Made by a program: the position numbers and the translations under genes
The notes under the pieces: model-generated
Told to the model about the DNA's origin: nothing
The model's database searches: none
What the model saw: the letters and a program-made list of their open reading frames with translations, nothing else
In this document: one piece after another, positions 1 to 8,076 of the stretch
How the letters are laid out: the number at the start of each line of letters is the position of its first letter
Numbering within the stretch: the stretch's first letter is position 1
Source: an uncultured Gammaproteobacteria bacterium
Lineage (GTDB): Bacteria; Patescibacteriota; Microgenomatia; Daviesbacterales; UBA10151
DNA length: 32,000 nt
Direction: 5' to 3'
Assembly: GCA_964360965.1 (NCBI GenBank)
Contig: CAYHYM010000002.1
Location: 1-32,000 of the forward strand

Positions 1-159
1 ATGATACTTCTTACAAAATCAGATCTTAAAGAAACCGAGCGAAGCCCGCTTGCAGCGCGCACTAAACTTAAAAAGATAGGAGAGAAAGAGGTTATTCCTA
101 TATCAATTCATGATTGGGATAGCATACAGATTCTTACTAAAGTTCTATCAGAGGTTTAA
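1..159 (+). CDS. 3' end of a GTP-binding protein gene (Obg/EngB-like TRAFAC GTPase); 5' part lies outside the window
   Basis: Open frame from base 1 to TAA at 157-159. The translation ILLTKSDL...EVIPISIHDWDSIQILTKVL resembles an (N/T)KxD G4 box followed by the terminal segment of small GTPases. The family call rests on a 52-aa fragment only. Confidence 0.4.
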   Translation: MILLTKSDLKETERSPLAARTKLKKIGEKEVIPISIHDWDSIQILTKVLSEV

Positions 160-226
160 TATTTTGATTGAGCTACAGCTAAAGCAGGCGGCTTTTCAAC
201 CAATACAAGAGGAACAAAATGTTGTA

Positions 227-266
227 CTTCGATTTCACTCAGTACAACCCTGAGCTTGTCGAAGGG
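227..266. repeat. GC-rich palindromic repeat, CCTGAGCTTGTCGAAGGG family (intergenic copy)
   Basis: CTTCGA(227-232)...CTCAG(238-242)...CTGAG(250-254)...TCGAAG(259-264) form a nested inverted repeat. The core CCCTGAGCTTGTCGAAGGG recurs at 7850-7896, 12728-12816 and 23801-23850. Confidence 0.75.
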
Positions 267-339
267 TTGATTCCCGCTGTGCCTACTTTTAAACTCATAC
301 TAAGGAGATTATATCAGAGAAAGAGGCTTACATTTTAAA

Positions 340-368
340 GTTGCTATTATTTTAGAAACCAGGTATAA
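340..368 (+). promoter_or_regulatory. sigma70-like promoter, TTGCTA-17-TATAAT
   Basis: TTGCTA at 340-345, a 17-nt spacer, then TATAAT at 363-368. Only 14 nt separate the -10 box from the ATG at 383 and there is no Shine-Dalgarno sequence, so the leader is very short. Confidence 0.4.
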
Positions 369-382
369 TAGCACTATTCCTT

Positions 383-673
383 ATGAATTTACCTCCTGCT
401 AAGCTACTGAGCAAAGAAGAACGAAAATTAGTTATCCTGAAAGCTCAGGAAGCCAGGGAAAAAATATTTAAACTGGTGGTCAAAATTATCAGCTGGCAAA
501 CCAGATCAATGGACAGTATTGCCATCAAACATGCAGATAAAGTAACCAATCATGAGTGGATAAGATATAAACAGCATCTTCTAAACATATCCAAATCAGA
601 AAGTACAGAAAGAGTAAGGGATAAATTAACCCAAACCTACAATGCCATAAAAGAGCATGGCGGCTTTAAATAG
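383..673 (+). CDS. hypothetical protein (96 aa)
   Basis: ORF track. It lies directly downstream of the predicted promoter and overlaps the next gene by 17 nt. No recognisable motif. Confidence 0.5.
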   Translation: MNLPPAKLLSKEERKLVILKAQEAREKIFKLVVKIISWQTRSMDSIAIKHADKVTNHEWIRYKQHLLNISKSESTERVRDKLTQTYNAIKEHGGFK

Positions 674-1532
674 AAAAAGAATTATTAAATTTTTGGGGCT
701 TATTTTATTCTCAGGGCTTATCATTTCTGTCATATCCGGCAGATTTACCAAAAATGAATCCATCAATATATCCAATCTTGATCCACTGGCGAATGCTGTT
801 CAAAATGCGCTGAAAGGAACAGAAGGAACATATGGAATTGTTATTAAAAATTTAAAAACAGGGGAAAGCTATGTTGCAAATGAGCATAAGGTGTTTGAGA
901 CAGGCAGCTTATATAAAATTTGGATTATGGCAACAGCTTTTGGCCAGATTCAAAATAACACATTAAAAGAGGATGAGCGCTTAAGCGAACAGGTAAATAT
1001 ATTAAATGATAAGTTCAACATTGCTTCTGAGGAAGCAGAAATGACAGAAGGAGAAATAACCCTGACTGTAAAGCAAGCTTTGGAACAAATGATCACCATT
1101 TCTCACAACTATGCTTCACTTCTTCTGATAGAAAGAATTAAACATTCCTCTGTTAAGGCATTTTTGACCCAAAATAGTTTTAATGAATCATCACTGGGAG
1201 AACCTCCTCATACAACTCCCTCTGATATAGCTTCTTTCTTTGAAAAATTATACAAGGGAGAACTTGCCAATAAGGAGTACACCAATAGGATGTTGAATCT
1301 GCTAAAAGAGCAAAAACTCAATGACAAATTGCCTAAATACTTATCAGGGGATACTGCCCTGTCCCATAAAACTGGTGAGATTGGTTTCTATACCCATGAT
1401 GCAGGCATTGTTTACTCACCAAACGGAGATTATTTGATTATAATTTTATCAGAAAGCGCCTCACCTGCCGCAGCCCAAGAACGGATAGCAACAGTTTCCA
1501 AAGCCGTTTATGATTATTTTATAAAATTATAA
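657..1532 (+). CDS. class A beta-lactamase-like serine hydrolase with N-terminal membrane anchor
   Basis: SxxK (SLYK), SxN (SHN) and KTG (HKTGEIG) motifs occur in class-A order and spacing. Hydrophobic N-terminus IIKFLGLILFSGLIISVI. Confidence 0.75.
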   Translation: MAALNRKRIIKFLGLILFSGLIISVISGRFTKNESINISNLDPLANAVQNALKGTEGTYGIVIKNLKTGESYVANEHKVFETGSLYKIWIMATAFGQIQNNTLKEDERLSEQVNILNDKFNIASEEAEMTEGEITLTVKQALEQMITISHNYASLLLIERIKHSSVKAFLTQNSFNESSLGEPPHTTPSDIASFFEKLYKGELANKEYTNRMLNLLKEQKLNDKLPKYLSGDTALSHKTGEIGFYTHDAGIVYSPNGDYLIIILSESASPAAAQERIATVSKAVYDYFIKL

Positions 1533-1541
1533 GTTGCTTGT

Positions 1542-2807
1542 TTACCTTCTTAAAATTTTTTCAAACCTGGTGGTATCTTTAAAAGGACCTATTATTTGTA
1601 AGTTTATTCTTTCAGAAACAAAAAGCTCCTGGGCCACTTCCTTGATATCATCTGCGCCAACCTCATCAATCTTTTTTAAATAATCATCAAATGATTCCAC
1701 TTGTCTGTCCAGGACATACTCCGTGCCAAAATATTCTGCCAAAAAATTGGTGGATTCCTGCCTGATGGCCAGTCTGCCTCTGATAATTTCCTTTCCCTTT
1801 TTTAACTCATCATCTGTTACTTTTTCGCTTGCCACTCTTTGCAGTTCTGCCACAATCACCTCCAAGCCCTCCTCAACTTTTTCCAGTTTAAGCCCTGCCG
1901 AACTTGCAAAAAAACCAGTATCCTTAAAGGTTTCATGCCCTGCATCTACATGATAAGCCAGTCCTCTTCTCTCTCTAACAGAGATAAAAAGTCTGGAAGA
2001 CATTCCCTCTCCCAAAATAGTAGCCAAAATTCTGGCAGCATATCTTTTGGAGTTGTAACGGTCGTATCCCTCCACCCCCAAAACTAAATGAACTTGGTCT
2101 GTTTTTTTATAAAAAATATTGACCCTTGGTTTAGTTTGTTTTTTCCTTTTATAGGGATTAAAAGAGTGGGAAGATCTTTTGGGTAGATTTTGGAAAAATT
2201 CCCCTGCCAGTTGTCTAATATTTTTAGGTAGCTTGCCGGCATATACCAGCACCATGTTTTGGGGAGAATAAAGATAGTCCATATAAGAAACAAAATCTGC
2301 TCTTTTTAAAGAATTGACAATTTTTTCTTCTCCTCCAATATCCCAACCCAGAGGTTGGTCTCCAAATTGTAATCTTTCATAGAGATCCCACACATAGCGG
2401 GTGGGGTTGTCTCTATACATCCGCAGTTCTTCTATAATTACTCCCTTCTCCCTGCCAATTTCCTCTTCAGCCAACAGTGATTCTTTGAGCATAGATGATA
2501 AAATATCTGATGCAAGTCCCACATGTTTGGCAGCGGATTTGACCCAATAGACAGTATACTCTTTAGCAGTTCCGGCATTATTGACTGATCCAATACCATC
2601 AAGTAAAGTGGCTATTATTTCAGCAGTCGGGAATTTTGTGGATCCTTTAAAAAACATGTGTTCTAAAAAATGGGAAATGCCGTTTATATTTTTGGTTTCA
2701 TATCTGGATCCGGCTCCTACACCTATTAGTGTGGTAACAGAATCAAGATGTGGTAGATCAACAGTTATTAGCGTTAATCCATTTTTTAAAGTAGTTAAAT
2801 TATGCAT
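1542..2807 (-). CDS. M16 family (pitrilysin-like) zinc peptidase
   Basis: HxxEH zinc motif (HFLEHMFFKG) with downstream glutamates (REKGVIIEE). Length is typical of a two-domain M16B protein. Its start overlaps the cysS stop by 13 nt. Confidence 0.85.
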   Translation of the reverse strand: MHNLTTLKNGLTLITVDLPHLDSVTTLIGVGAGSRYETKNINGISHFLEHMFFKGSTKFPTAEIIATLLDGIGSVNNAGTAKEYTVYWVKSAAKHVGLASDILSSMLKESLLAEEEIGREKGVIIEELRMYRDNPTRYVWDLYERLQFGDQPLGWDIGGEEKIVNSLKRADFVSYMDYLYSPQNMVLVYAGKLPKNIRQLAGEFFQNLPKRSSHSFNPYKRKKQTKPRVNIFYKKTDQVHLVLGVEGYDRYNSKRYAARILATILGEGMSSRLFISVRERRGLAYHVDAGHETFKDTGFFASSAGLKLEKVEEGLEVIVAELQRVASEKVTDDELKKGKEIIRGRLAIRQESTNFLAEYFGTEYVLDRQVESFDDYLKKIDEVGADDIKEVAQELFVSERINLQIIGPFKDTTRFEKILRR

Positions 2808-4141
2808 TTTTTAACTTTGGGTCCAGTTGGTGTATCTTCTATTTCAAAGCCCATTTTTTTAATTTTTTTCCTTATCTCATCTGATTTATTAAAATCTCCA
2901 GCTTGCCTGGCGTTTTCTCTTTTTCCCAATAAATCCCTAACCTCCTCAGGAACTTCTAGCGGTTTTCCCAAAATTTGATCCATTCCTAATCCCAAAATTT
3001 GATCCATTTTTAAAAGAGATTCTGCTTTGGCAGAGGTGGGATAACCAGATTTTACCATATCCCAAATGATAGCCAAAGCCTGGGGGGTATTTAAATCATT
3101 ATTAACAGCTTCCATAAATTTTTGTTCATATTCAGCACAGCCTACTTTTACCTCTTTCCATTCTCTTATAGTTTCTCTTAAATTGTTTAAGGCATTTTGG
3201 GCAGCCCCTAAAGATTCCCAGGTAAAATTTAATTTATCCCTATAATGAGCAGTTAAACAAAGGTAGCGAAAACTTAAAGGGTCAAAACCTTTATCTTCCA
3301 AATCCTGTAGTCTATAAAAATTCCCGGCAGATTTTGCCATTTTCTGTCCATCAACTAAAAGATGCTCTCCTTCCACAAAAAAGTTGACAAATTTTTTGCC
3401 TGTTTTACCTTCACTCTGGGCAATTTCATTTTCGTGGTGGGGAAAAAGTAAATCTATTCCACCAGCATGTATATCAAAGGATTGACCCAAATATTCCTGG
3501 CTCATGACCGAACACTCAATATGCCAGCCAGGCCTGCCTCTTCCCCAGGATGAGTCATAACCCACCTCATCTGGTTTTACTGATTTCCATAAAGCAAAAT
3601 CTTGGACATCATCTTTTGAGTATTCATCTGACAAAATTCTGGTGCCACTTTTTAGCTCCCTCTTTTCAACACCGGATAATTTTCCATAATCAGGAAACTT
3701 TGAAATATCAAAATAAATCGAGCCATCTTTTTCCATATAAGCCAAACCATTTTCAAGCAAAACCTCTATGTATTTGATCATATGTCCGATGTGTTCTGTA
3801 GCCTTTGGATAAACATTGGCAGATTTGATATTTAGTCTTGCCAAATCCTCAAAAAAAGCTTGTTCAAACGGCTTGGAAAATTCATTGATCCCCAGTCCCT
3901 TCTCCTTTGCCCCTTTGATAATCTTGTCTTCAATATCAGTAATGTTCATCACCCGATTTACAACATATTCATCAGTTTCCAAAACCCGTTTCAGGATATC
4001 CTCAAAAATAAAAGTCCGCAAATTGCCTATGTGGGCAAAATCATAAGTGGTAGGACCACAGGTATACAGACCCACTTTGGGTGGACTCAGGGGTTTAAAT
4101 TCTTCTATATTCCGAGTGAGAAAATTATAAAGTTTAAGCAC
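2795..4141 (-). CDS. cysS: cysteine--tRNA ligase
   Basis: Class I motifs HIGN (YDFAHIGNLRTF) and KMAKS. CysRS-type C-terminal tail (RENARQAGDFNKSDEIRKKIKKMGFEIEDT). The start codon read from the sequence is GTG at 4141. Confidence 0.93.
   Translation of the reverse strand: MLKLYNFLTRNIEEFKPLSPPKVGLYTCGPTTYDFAHIGNLRTFIFEDILKRVLETDEYVVNRVMNITDIEDKIIKGAKEKGLGINEFSKPFEQAFFEDLARLNIKSANVYPKATEHIGHMIKYIEVLLENGLAYMEKDGSIYFDISKFPDYGKLSGVEKRELKSGTRILSDEYSKDDVQDFALWKSVKPDEVGYDSSWGRGRPGWHIECSVMSQEYLGQSFDIHAGGIDLLFPHHENEIAQSEGKTGKKFVNFFVEGEHLLVDGQKMAKSAGNFYRLQDLEDKGFDPLSFRYLCLTAHYRDKLNFTWESLGAAQNALNNLRETIREWKEVKVGCAEYEQKFMEAVNNDLNTPQALAIIWDMVKSGYPTSAKAESLLKMDQILGLGMDQILGKPLEVPEEVRDLLGKRENARQAGDFNKSDEIRKKIKKMGFEIEDTPTGPKVKKCII
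2967..3008. repeat. 24-nt-period tandem duplication inside cysS
   Basis: CCCAAAATTTGATCCATT occurs at 2967-2984 and again at 2991-3008. It encodes the duplicated peptide MDQILG(LG)MDQILG. Confidence 0.85.
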
Positions 4142-4159
4142 AGCCTAAATTGTAAAGGT

Positions 4160-5401
4160 TTATGATGTGTTTTTAAAGAGGTTGTTTGCAAATTCTTTAG
4201 CCCAATCTTCAGCTTGTCTATCTGTCAGTGTAATACTGACAATGTGAGATGATGTCTCTTTAGCAACACATCCCTTATCTATTTTGCTAACTAATAGTCT
4301 AACCTCTTTTTCACTAGCCACTCCATGACTGGAAATTAGTGGTCCCACTTGAGTTTGGAATTCAGCCATATTAGGAATCTCCTCACCCATGGCTTTTTTA
4401 ATACAAATGCCTAAAAATGTATGAAAAGAATCTATATAAACTTGCCTTAAGTTACCTGGTGGTAATGTCCAGATACAGCTTTGAGGTAAAAAATCGCTTC
4501 TGAATCTTAGGTCAGCATCTCTAAAAAAAGCTGGTCTGTTAAAATTGGCAAAATTAATGGCTGCTACTCCCAAAAGTGCCGCCCCTTTATCCTCTGTGAT
4601 TAAAGGAAACTCCACAAAAGGAGATTGTCCTCCCATAAAATCCCATGCCATTGACCGTTCGATCTCGGCCCTCCTTTGAGTTTGAAAATGACCTCCCCCC
4701 CTGGTATCAACGGCCAAAATAGGAGCAACCTTATGTCCCAGAGCGGCAAAGGCTCCTGTGATATCTTGAGCTGCTCTACCAGAAATTACCGTATCTATCA
4801 ACACTATCTGACTATTTTGAACACCTTGATAATTTTTTAGCTCTGCCACAATTTCGCCGGGGCTCAATTTTTGATCATCATGAAGCTCTCTTTGCATCTT
4901 ACCCATCAAGAAATAATACCACCCAAGATCTTCCGGGTATTCCTTGCCTAAAGAGACCAGATCCAAAAATGCTCTGGCACAAGATTCGCGCAGTTTTCTG
5001 GCCAGCCATTCTTCTCCATTTTTCTCGTAAGATACATCAGCAGTAAAAGGGTAAAGTACCACATCTACCTGACTCTCGTCCGATTGATTATGTTGGATAA
5101 TTCTCCCATCTGATAAAAATTCAAATACTCTTTTGGGATAATAATTGGTCTGTGAAGGATCTACCAAGGGATGAACTTCATCAAGAGATTTTAGAGCCTG
5201 ATGAGCCAATAAAAAAATTGGTACTGCTCCACGGGAAGGAATCAAAACAACAGGTTTTTTCCCTGCTGAAATGATGTTTTCAGTAATGGTGTGAAACCTC
5301 ACGGCCACTTCTTCACAACCGGTGATATATTCACCAATAGACTGTTCTGACAATTCTGGTTCTCTAAATATAACTCCCTGTTCAGTTTTTATTTCACTCA
5401 T
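4160..5401 (-). CDS. hypothetical protein with phosphoribosyltransferase-like core (413 aa)
   Basis: VVLIPSRGAVPIF and SQIVLIDTVISGRAAQDI resemble the N-terminal strand-loop and the PRPP-binding loop of type I PRTases. About 110 aa are inserted between them, and a C-terminal region of about 190 aa has no motif I recognise. AGGTGG lies 6 nt upstream of the ATG. Confidence 0.5.
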   Translation of the reverse strand: MSEIKTEQGVIFREPELSEQSIGEYITGCEEVAVRFHTITENIISAGKKPVVLIPSRGAVPIFLLAHQALKSLDEVHPLVDPSQTNYYPKRVFEFLSDGRIIQHNQSDESQVDVVLYPFTADVSYEKNGEEWLARKLRESCARAFLDLVSLGKEYPEDLGWYYFLMGKMQRELHDDQKLSPGEIVAELKNYQGVQNSQIVLIDTVISGRAAQDITGAFAALGHKVAPILAVDTRGGGHFQTQRRAEIERSMAWDFMGGQSPFVEFPLITEDKGAALLGVAAINFANFNRPAFFRDADLRFRSDFLPQSCIWTLPPGNLRQVYIDSFHTFLGICIKKAMGEEIPNMAEFQTQVGPLISSHGVASEKEVRLLVSKIDKGCVAKETSSHIVSITLTDRQAEDWAKEFANNLFKNTS

Positions 5402-5403
5402 AG

Positions 5404-5814
5404 TTAGCCACCTACACCCCTGCCCATTTTTCGCTCAGCTAAGGTTCTGGCCCGAACTTCTTCCGGAAGAGGCTGTTTTTTCTTTTGTACCTCAAGCTGT
5501 TTGACCTGTTTCTTCTCTTGTTCTTGCTTGTCCCGAGCAATGTCAAGGGATTGCTGTTTTTCCCTGACTTTTCTTTGAGCCTCATCCAAATTTTTCCACC
5601 AGGCAATTTTTCTTCTGACCTCGGCCAATCCTTTCTGTTCCTGCTGCTGTTTTAAAAAGCTCTGCCTGGGGGTAAGTTTTGGTTGTGGCGGACCGGAGAA
5701 AACAGTCTGCGCTCCGATCTCAATGGCTTTACCCAGCTCATCAGCTGCAGGTTTTATTACAGCTTCCCCAATATCTTGCGGCAGTTGTCTAATAAATCCT
5801 TTGGAGTTTGGCAT
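5404..5814 (-). CDS. hypothetical K/Q/E-rich low-complexity protein ending in Gly-Gly (136 aa)
   Basis: ORF track. Sits 2 nt from both neighbouring genes. Long charged, probably helical or disordered segment (QQQEQK...QEQEKKQVKQLEVQKKKQ). C-terminus is ...AERKMGRGVGG followed by the stop. Confidence 0.65.
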   Translation of the reverse strand: MPNSKGFIRQLPQDIGEAVIKPAADELGKAIEIGAQTVFSGPPQPKLTPRQSFLKQQQEQKGLAEVRRKIAWWKNLDEAQRKVREKQQSLDIARDKQEQEKKQVKQLEVQKKKQPLPEEVRARTLAERKMGRGVGG

Positions 5815-5816
5815 AT

Positions 5817-7121
5817 TTAATTCTTTAACCCTTCCAGCAGTCCGGTAAATTTTTTGATATTTTCTGCTGAATTCTCAATTGGTCCCTGAATGGTTAAATT
5901 CAGTTTACTAAAATCCCAATATTTTTTCATAAAATTCATAATATCTTTCTTACTTACTCTTTCTATCATCTTAGCATATTCATCAGGTGTGTAAATTTTA
6001 TCTTCCCATAATAGATCACCCTCAATCCAACTGGCAATATTACCTGGATGATCAAACTGCATTAGTATTTGATTAACAGTATAATTTTTGGCAAAATTTA
6101 ATTCTTCCTCTGTAGGACCATTTTCCAAAAAAGAAGTTAGTTCTTTTATGATCAGCTCCATCACTTCCTCTACCTTGTCAGGTGCTGTTTGGGTGGAGAT
6201 ATAAACATAGGCAAAATGTTCATAGGTAGTTGCTCCCATATCCACTCCATAAACTAAACCTCGCTGCAACCTTAATAATCTATACAACCTGCTTACCCTA
6301 AGTCTCCCTAAAATACTTCTGGCTATAGACTGAGGAACTTGCTTGAGGATTCCTTCAGAATCAGGGATGGTGGAAAAGCTTAAATCAATATAACAAGTAT
6401 TTAAAGTTCTATCCTCTCTAATAGCCACCCGTCTTCCTGTTAAATCCTTGTTAGTCAATTTGGGAAATCCGGGAAAAGTTTTACCAGGGAGATATTTGCT
6501 AAAAAACTTGTCTATTAACTCTTCAATAATACTGGTATCAAATCCCCCCACCACTACCAGATAGGTATTTTTAGGGTGAAAAAAAATAGACCAAAAATTA
6601 ACTAGATCTTTTTTCTGTAATTTTTTAATTATCTCTTCTGATCCACCACTATCAAGTAAGAAAGGATGCCCTTTTTTATATCTTACTGATGAGAAAAATC
6701 TGCCTCTTTTATACCAATCAGTACCCTGTCTTTGCCAAATTTCCTCCAGGATTGCCCCTCTTTCTTTTTCTATTCCTGTCTCTGGGAAAAGGGGCTTAAA
6801 AAACACTTCGTGTGAAACTTTTAACATATCCTCTAAATGATTTGCCGGACCATTAATATAAAACCTGATCATCTGCGGAGCAGTCATGGCATTAAAACTA
6901 CCTGCCAAACCCTCAATAAAGTTATAGATAGCTTCACTACTGCCAAAAGTAGGGGTACCTTCTATTAAAATATGCTCCATGAAATGAGCCAAGCCTGAAG
7001 TTTTAGGGGTATCAAAAATTGAACCACCCTTAACAGACTCACTGATAAAAACAGACTTCATCTGTGGAATTGAATAAGTGGCAACTTTTAATCCATTTTT
7101 TAAAGTAAAAGTTTTTAACAT
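5817..7121 (-). CDS. M16 family zinc peptidase
   Basis: HFMEHILIEG (HxxEH) plus EKERGAILEE. Directly abuts the recR stop codon. Confidence 0.85.
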   Translation of the reverse strand: MLKTFTLKNGLKVATYSIPQMKSVFISESVKGGSIFDTPKTSGLAHFMEHILIEGTPTFGSSEAIYNFIEGLAGSFNAMTAPQMIRFYINGPANHLEDMLKVSHEVFFKPLFPETGIEKERGAILEEIWQRQGTDWYKRGRFFSSVRYKKGHPFLLDSGGSEEIIKKLQKKDLVNFWSIFFHPKNTYLVVVGGFDTSIIEELIDKFFSKYLPGKTFPGFPKLTNKDLTGRRVAIREDRTLNTCYIDLSFSTIPDSEGILKQVPQSIARSILGRLRVSRLYRLLRLQRGLVYGVDMGATTYEHFAYVYISTQTAPDKVEEVMELIIKELTSFLENGPTEEELNFAKNYTVNQILMQFDHPGNIASWIEGDLLWEDKIYTPDEYAKMIERVSKKDIMNFMKKYWDFSKLNLTIQGPIENSAENIKKFTGLLEGLKN

Positions 7122-7718
7122 TCAGTATTCTTTTCTTCCTTCCAGGGCGCGAGAAAGGGTTGTTTCATCAGCATACTCCAAATCTGATCCCACAGGCAGC
7201 CCCCTGGCAATCCTGGTTACCATTATTCCCAAAGGGGATATTAATCTTTGGATATACATGGCAGTTGCCTCTCCCTCCATAGTAGGATTGGTGGCCAGAA
7301 TTATCTCTTTTACCTTTCCATTTTTGAGCCTCGGTAAAAGCTCCCTTATATGAATTTCATCAGGCCCTATATTTTCCAGAGGGGAAATAACACCATGAAG
7401 AACATGATACAATCCCTTGTAGTTGGCTTTCTCAAGCGCCAAAACATCTAAGGGGTTTTCCACAATCATTATCACGGACTTATCACGTCCTTCATCTGAA
7501 CAAATATTACAAGGATCCTCTTCTCCAATATTAAAACAGGTTGAGCAAAGAACTGTTCTTTCTTTCATCTGGACTGCTGCATCAGCCAAACTTTCAGCTT
7601 CTTCAATAGGAGCATGAAGTAAATAAAAGGTTAACCTTTGGGCAGTTTTTGGTCCAATCCCCGGCAGTCTTTCAAAAGCTTCGATTAAATTCTGTACACT
7701 CTTTGGAACCCTGGCCAT
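7122..7718 (-). CDS. recR: recombination protein RecR
   Basis: Helix-hairpin-helix LPGIGPKTAQRL, C4 zinc finger CSTCFNIGEEDPCNIC and a Toprim segment (IMIVENPLDVLALEK). Confidence 0.93.
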   Translation of the reverse strand: MARVPKSVQNLIEAFERLPGIGPKTAQRLTFYLLHAPIEEAESLADAAVQMKERTVLCSTCFNIGEEDPCNICSDEGRDKSVIMIVENPLDVLALEKANYKGLYHVLHGVISPLENIGPDEIHIRELLPRLKNGKVKEIILATNPTMEGEATAMYIQRLISPLGIMVTRIARGLPVGSDLEYADETTLSRALEGRKEY

Positions 7719-7734
7719 GTTGTGGCCAATTGTA

Positions 7735-8058
7735 TCACATCCCGGGGATGCCTAAACCGCCCATCATGGGTTTCATCTCTTCAGCTGCTACTTTTTGGGA
7801 TTGTTTTAAAGCCTCATTAACTGCTTCTGTCACTTTTTGCGGATCCACTAGCCCTGAGCTAGCTTGCCCTGAGCCTGTCGAAGGGGTCGAAGGGTCTCCG
7901 GAAATTGACTGCACTTTTTGATCTGCTGTCATCACCACAGTTACCCCCCGATGTTCCACAGTAATTTTGATCATGGCCAATTTTTTTTGCATTTCCATGG
8001 CCTGATTCCGCATTTTTTTTAAATCACCCAACTGCTTTAAATTATCAAAAATTCCCAT
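7735..8058 (-). CDS. ybaB: YbaB/EbfC family nucleoid-associated protein carrying a repeat-derived insertion
   Basis: Size, the N-terminal MQKKLAMIKITVEHRGVTVVMTADQKV and the C-terminal VTEAVNEALKQSQ fit YbaB. Sits in the conserved position next to recR. Confidence 0.85.
   Translation of the reverse strand: MGIFDNLKQLGDLKKMRNQAMEMQKKLAMIKITVEHRGVTVVMTADQKVQSISGDPSTPSTGSGQASSGLVDPQKVTEAVNEALKQSQKVAAEEMKPMMGGLGIPGM
7850..7896. repeat. GC-rich repeat (CCTGAGC/GTCGAAGGG family) inserted in-frame in ybaB
   Basis: CCCTGAGC occurs twice (7852-7859, 7867-7874). GTCGAAGGG is tandemly duplicated (7877-7885, 7886-7894). Translated on the minus strand as GDPSTPSTGSGQASSGL. Confidence 0.8.
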
Positions 8059-8076
8059 GGTATTATTTTAAAATTG

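Noticed and set aside
1723-2814. Plus-strand ORFs (1723-1953, 1839-2087, 2581-2814) and the minus-strand ORF 2084-2293 inside the M16 peptidase gene
   Set aside because: They lie entirely within a well-supported 421-aa M16 CDS, either antisense to it or in another frame. Their translations are low-complexity with no motifs, typical of shadow ORFs.
3550-4165. Plus-strand ORFs antisense to cysS (3550-3777, 3816-4046, 3860-4165)
   Set aside because: They are antisense to a confidently identified CysRS gene and have no independent support.
5404-5814. Interpreting the GG-terminal protein as a bona fide Pup or ubiquitin-like tag
   Set aside because: No PafA/Dop-type ligase, E1-like enzyme, proteasome or beta-grasp-like sequence is visible. 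It is retained only as a low-confidence hypothesis in the findings.
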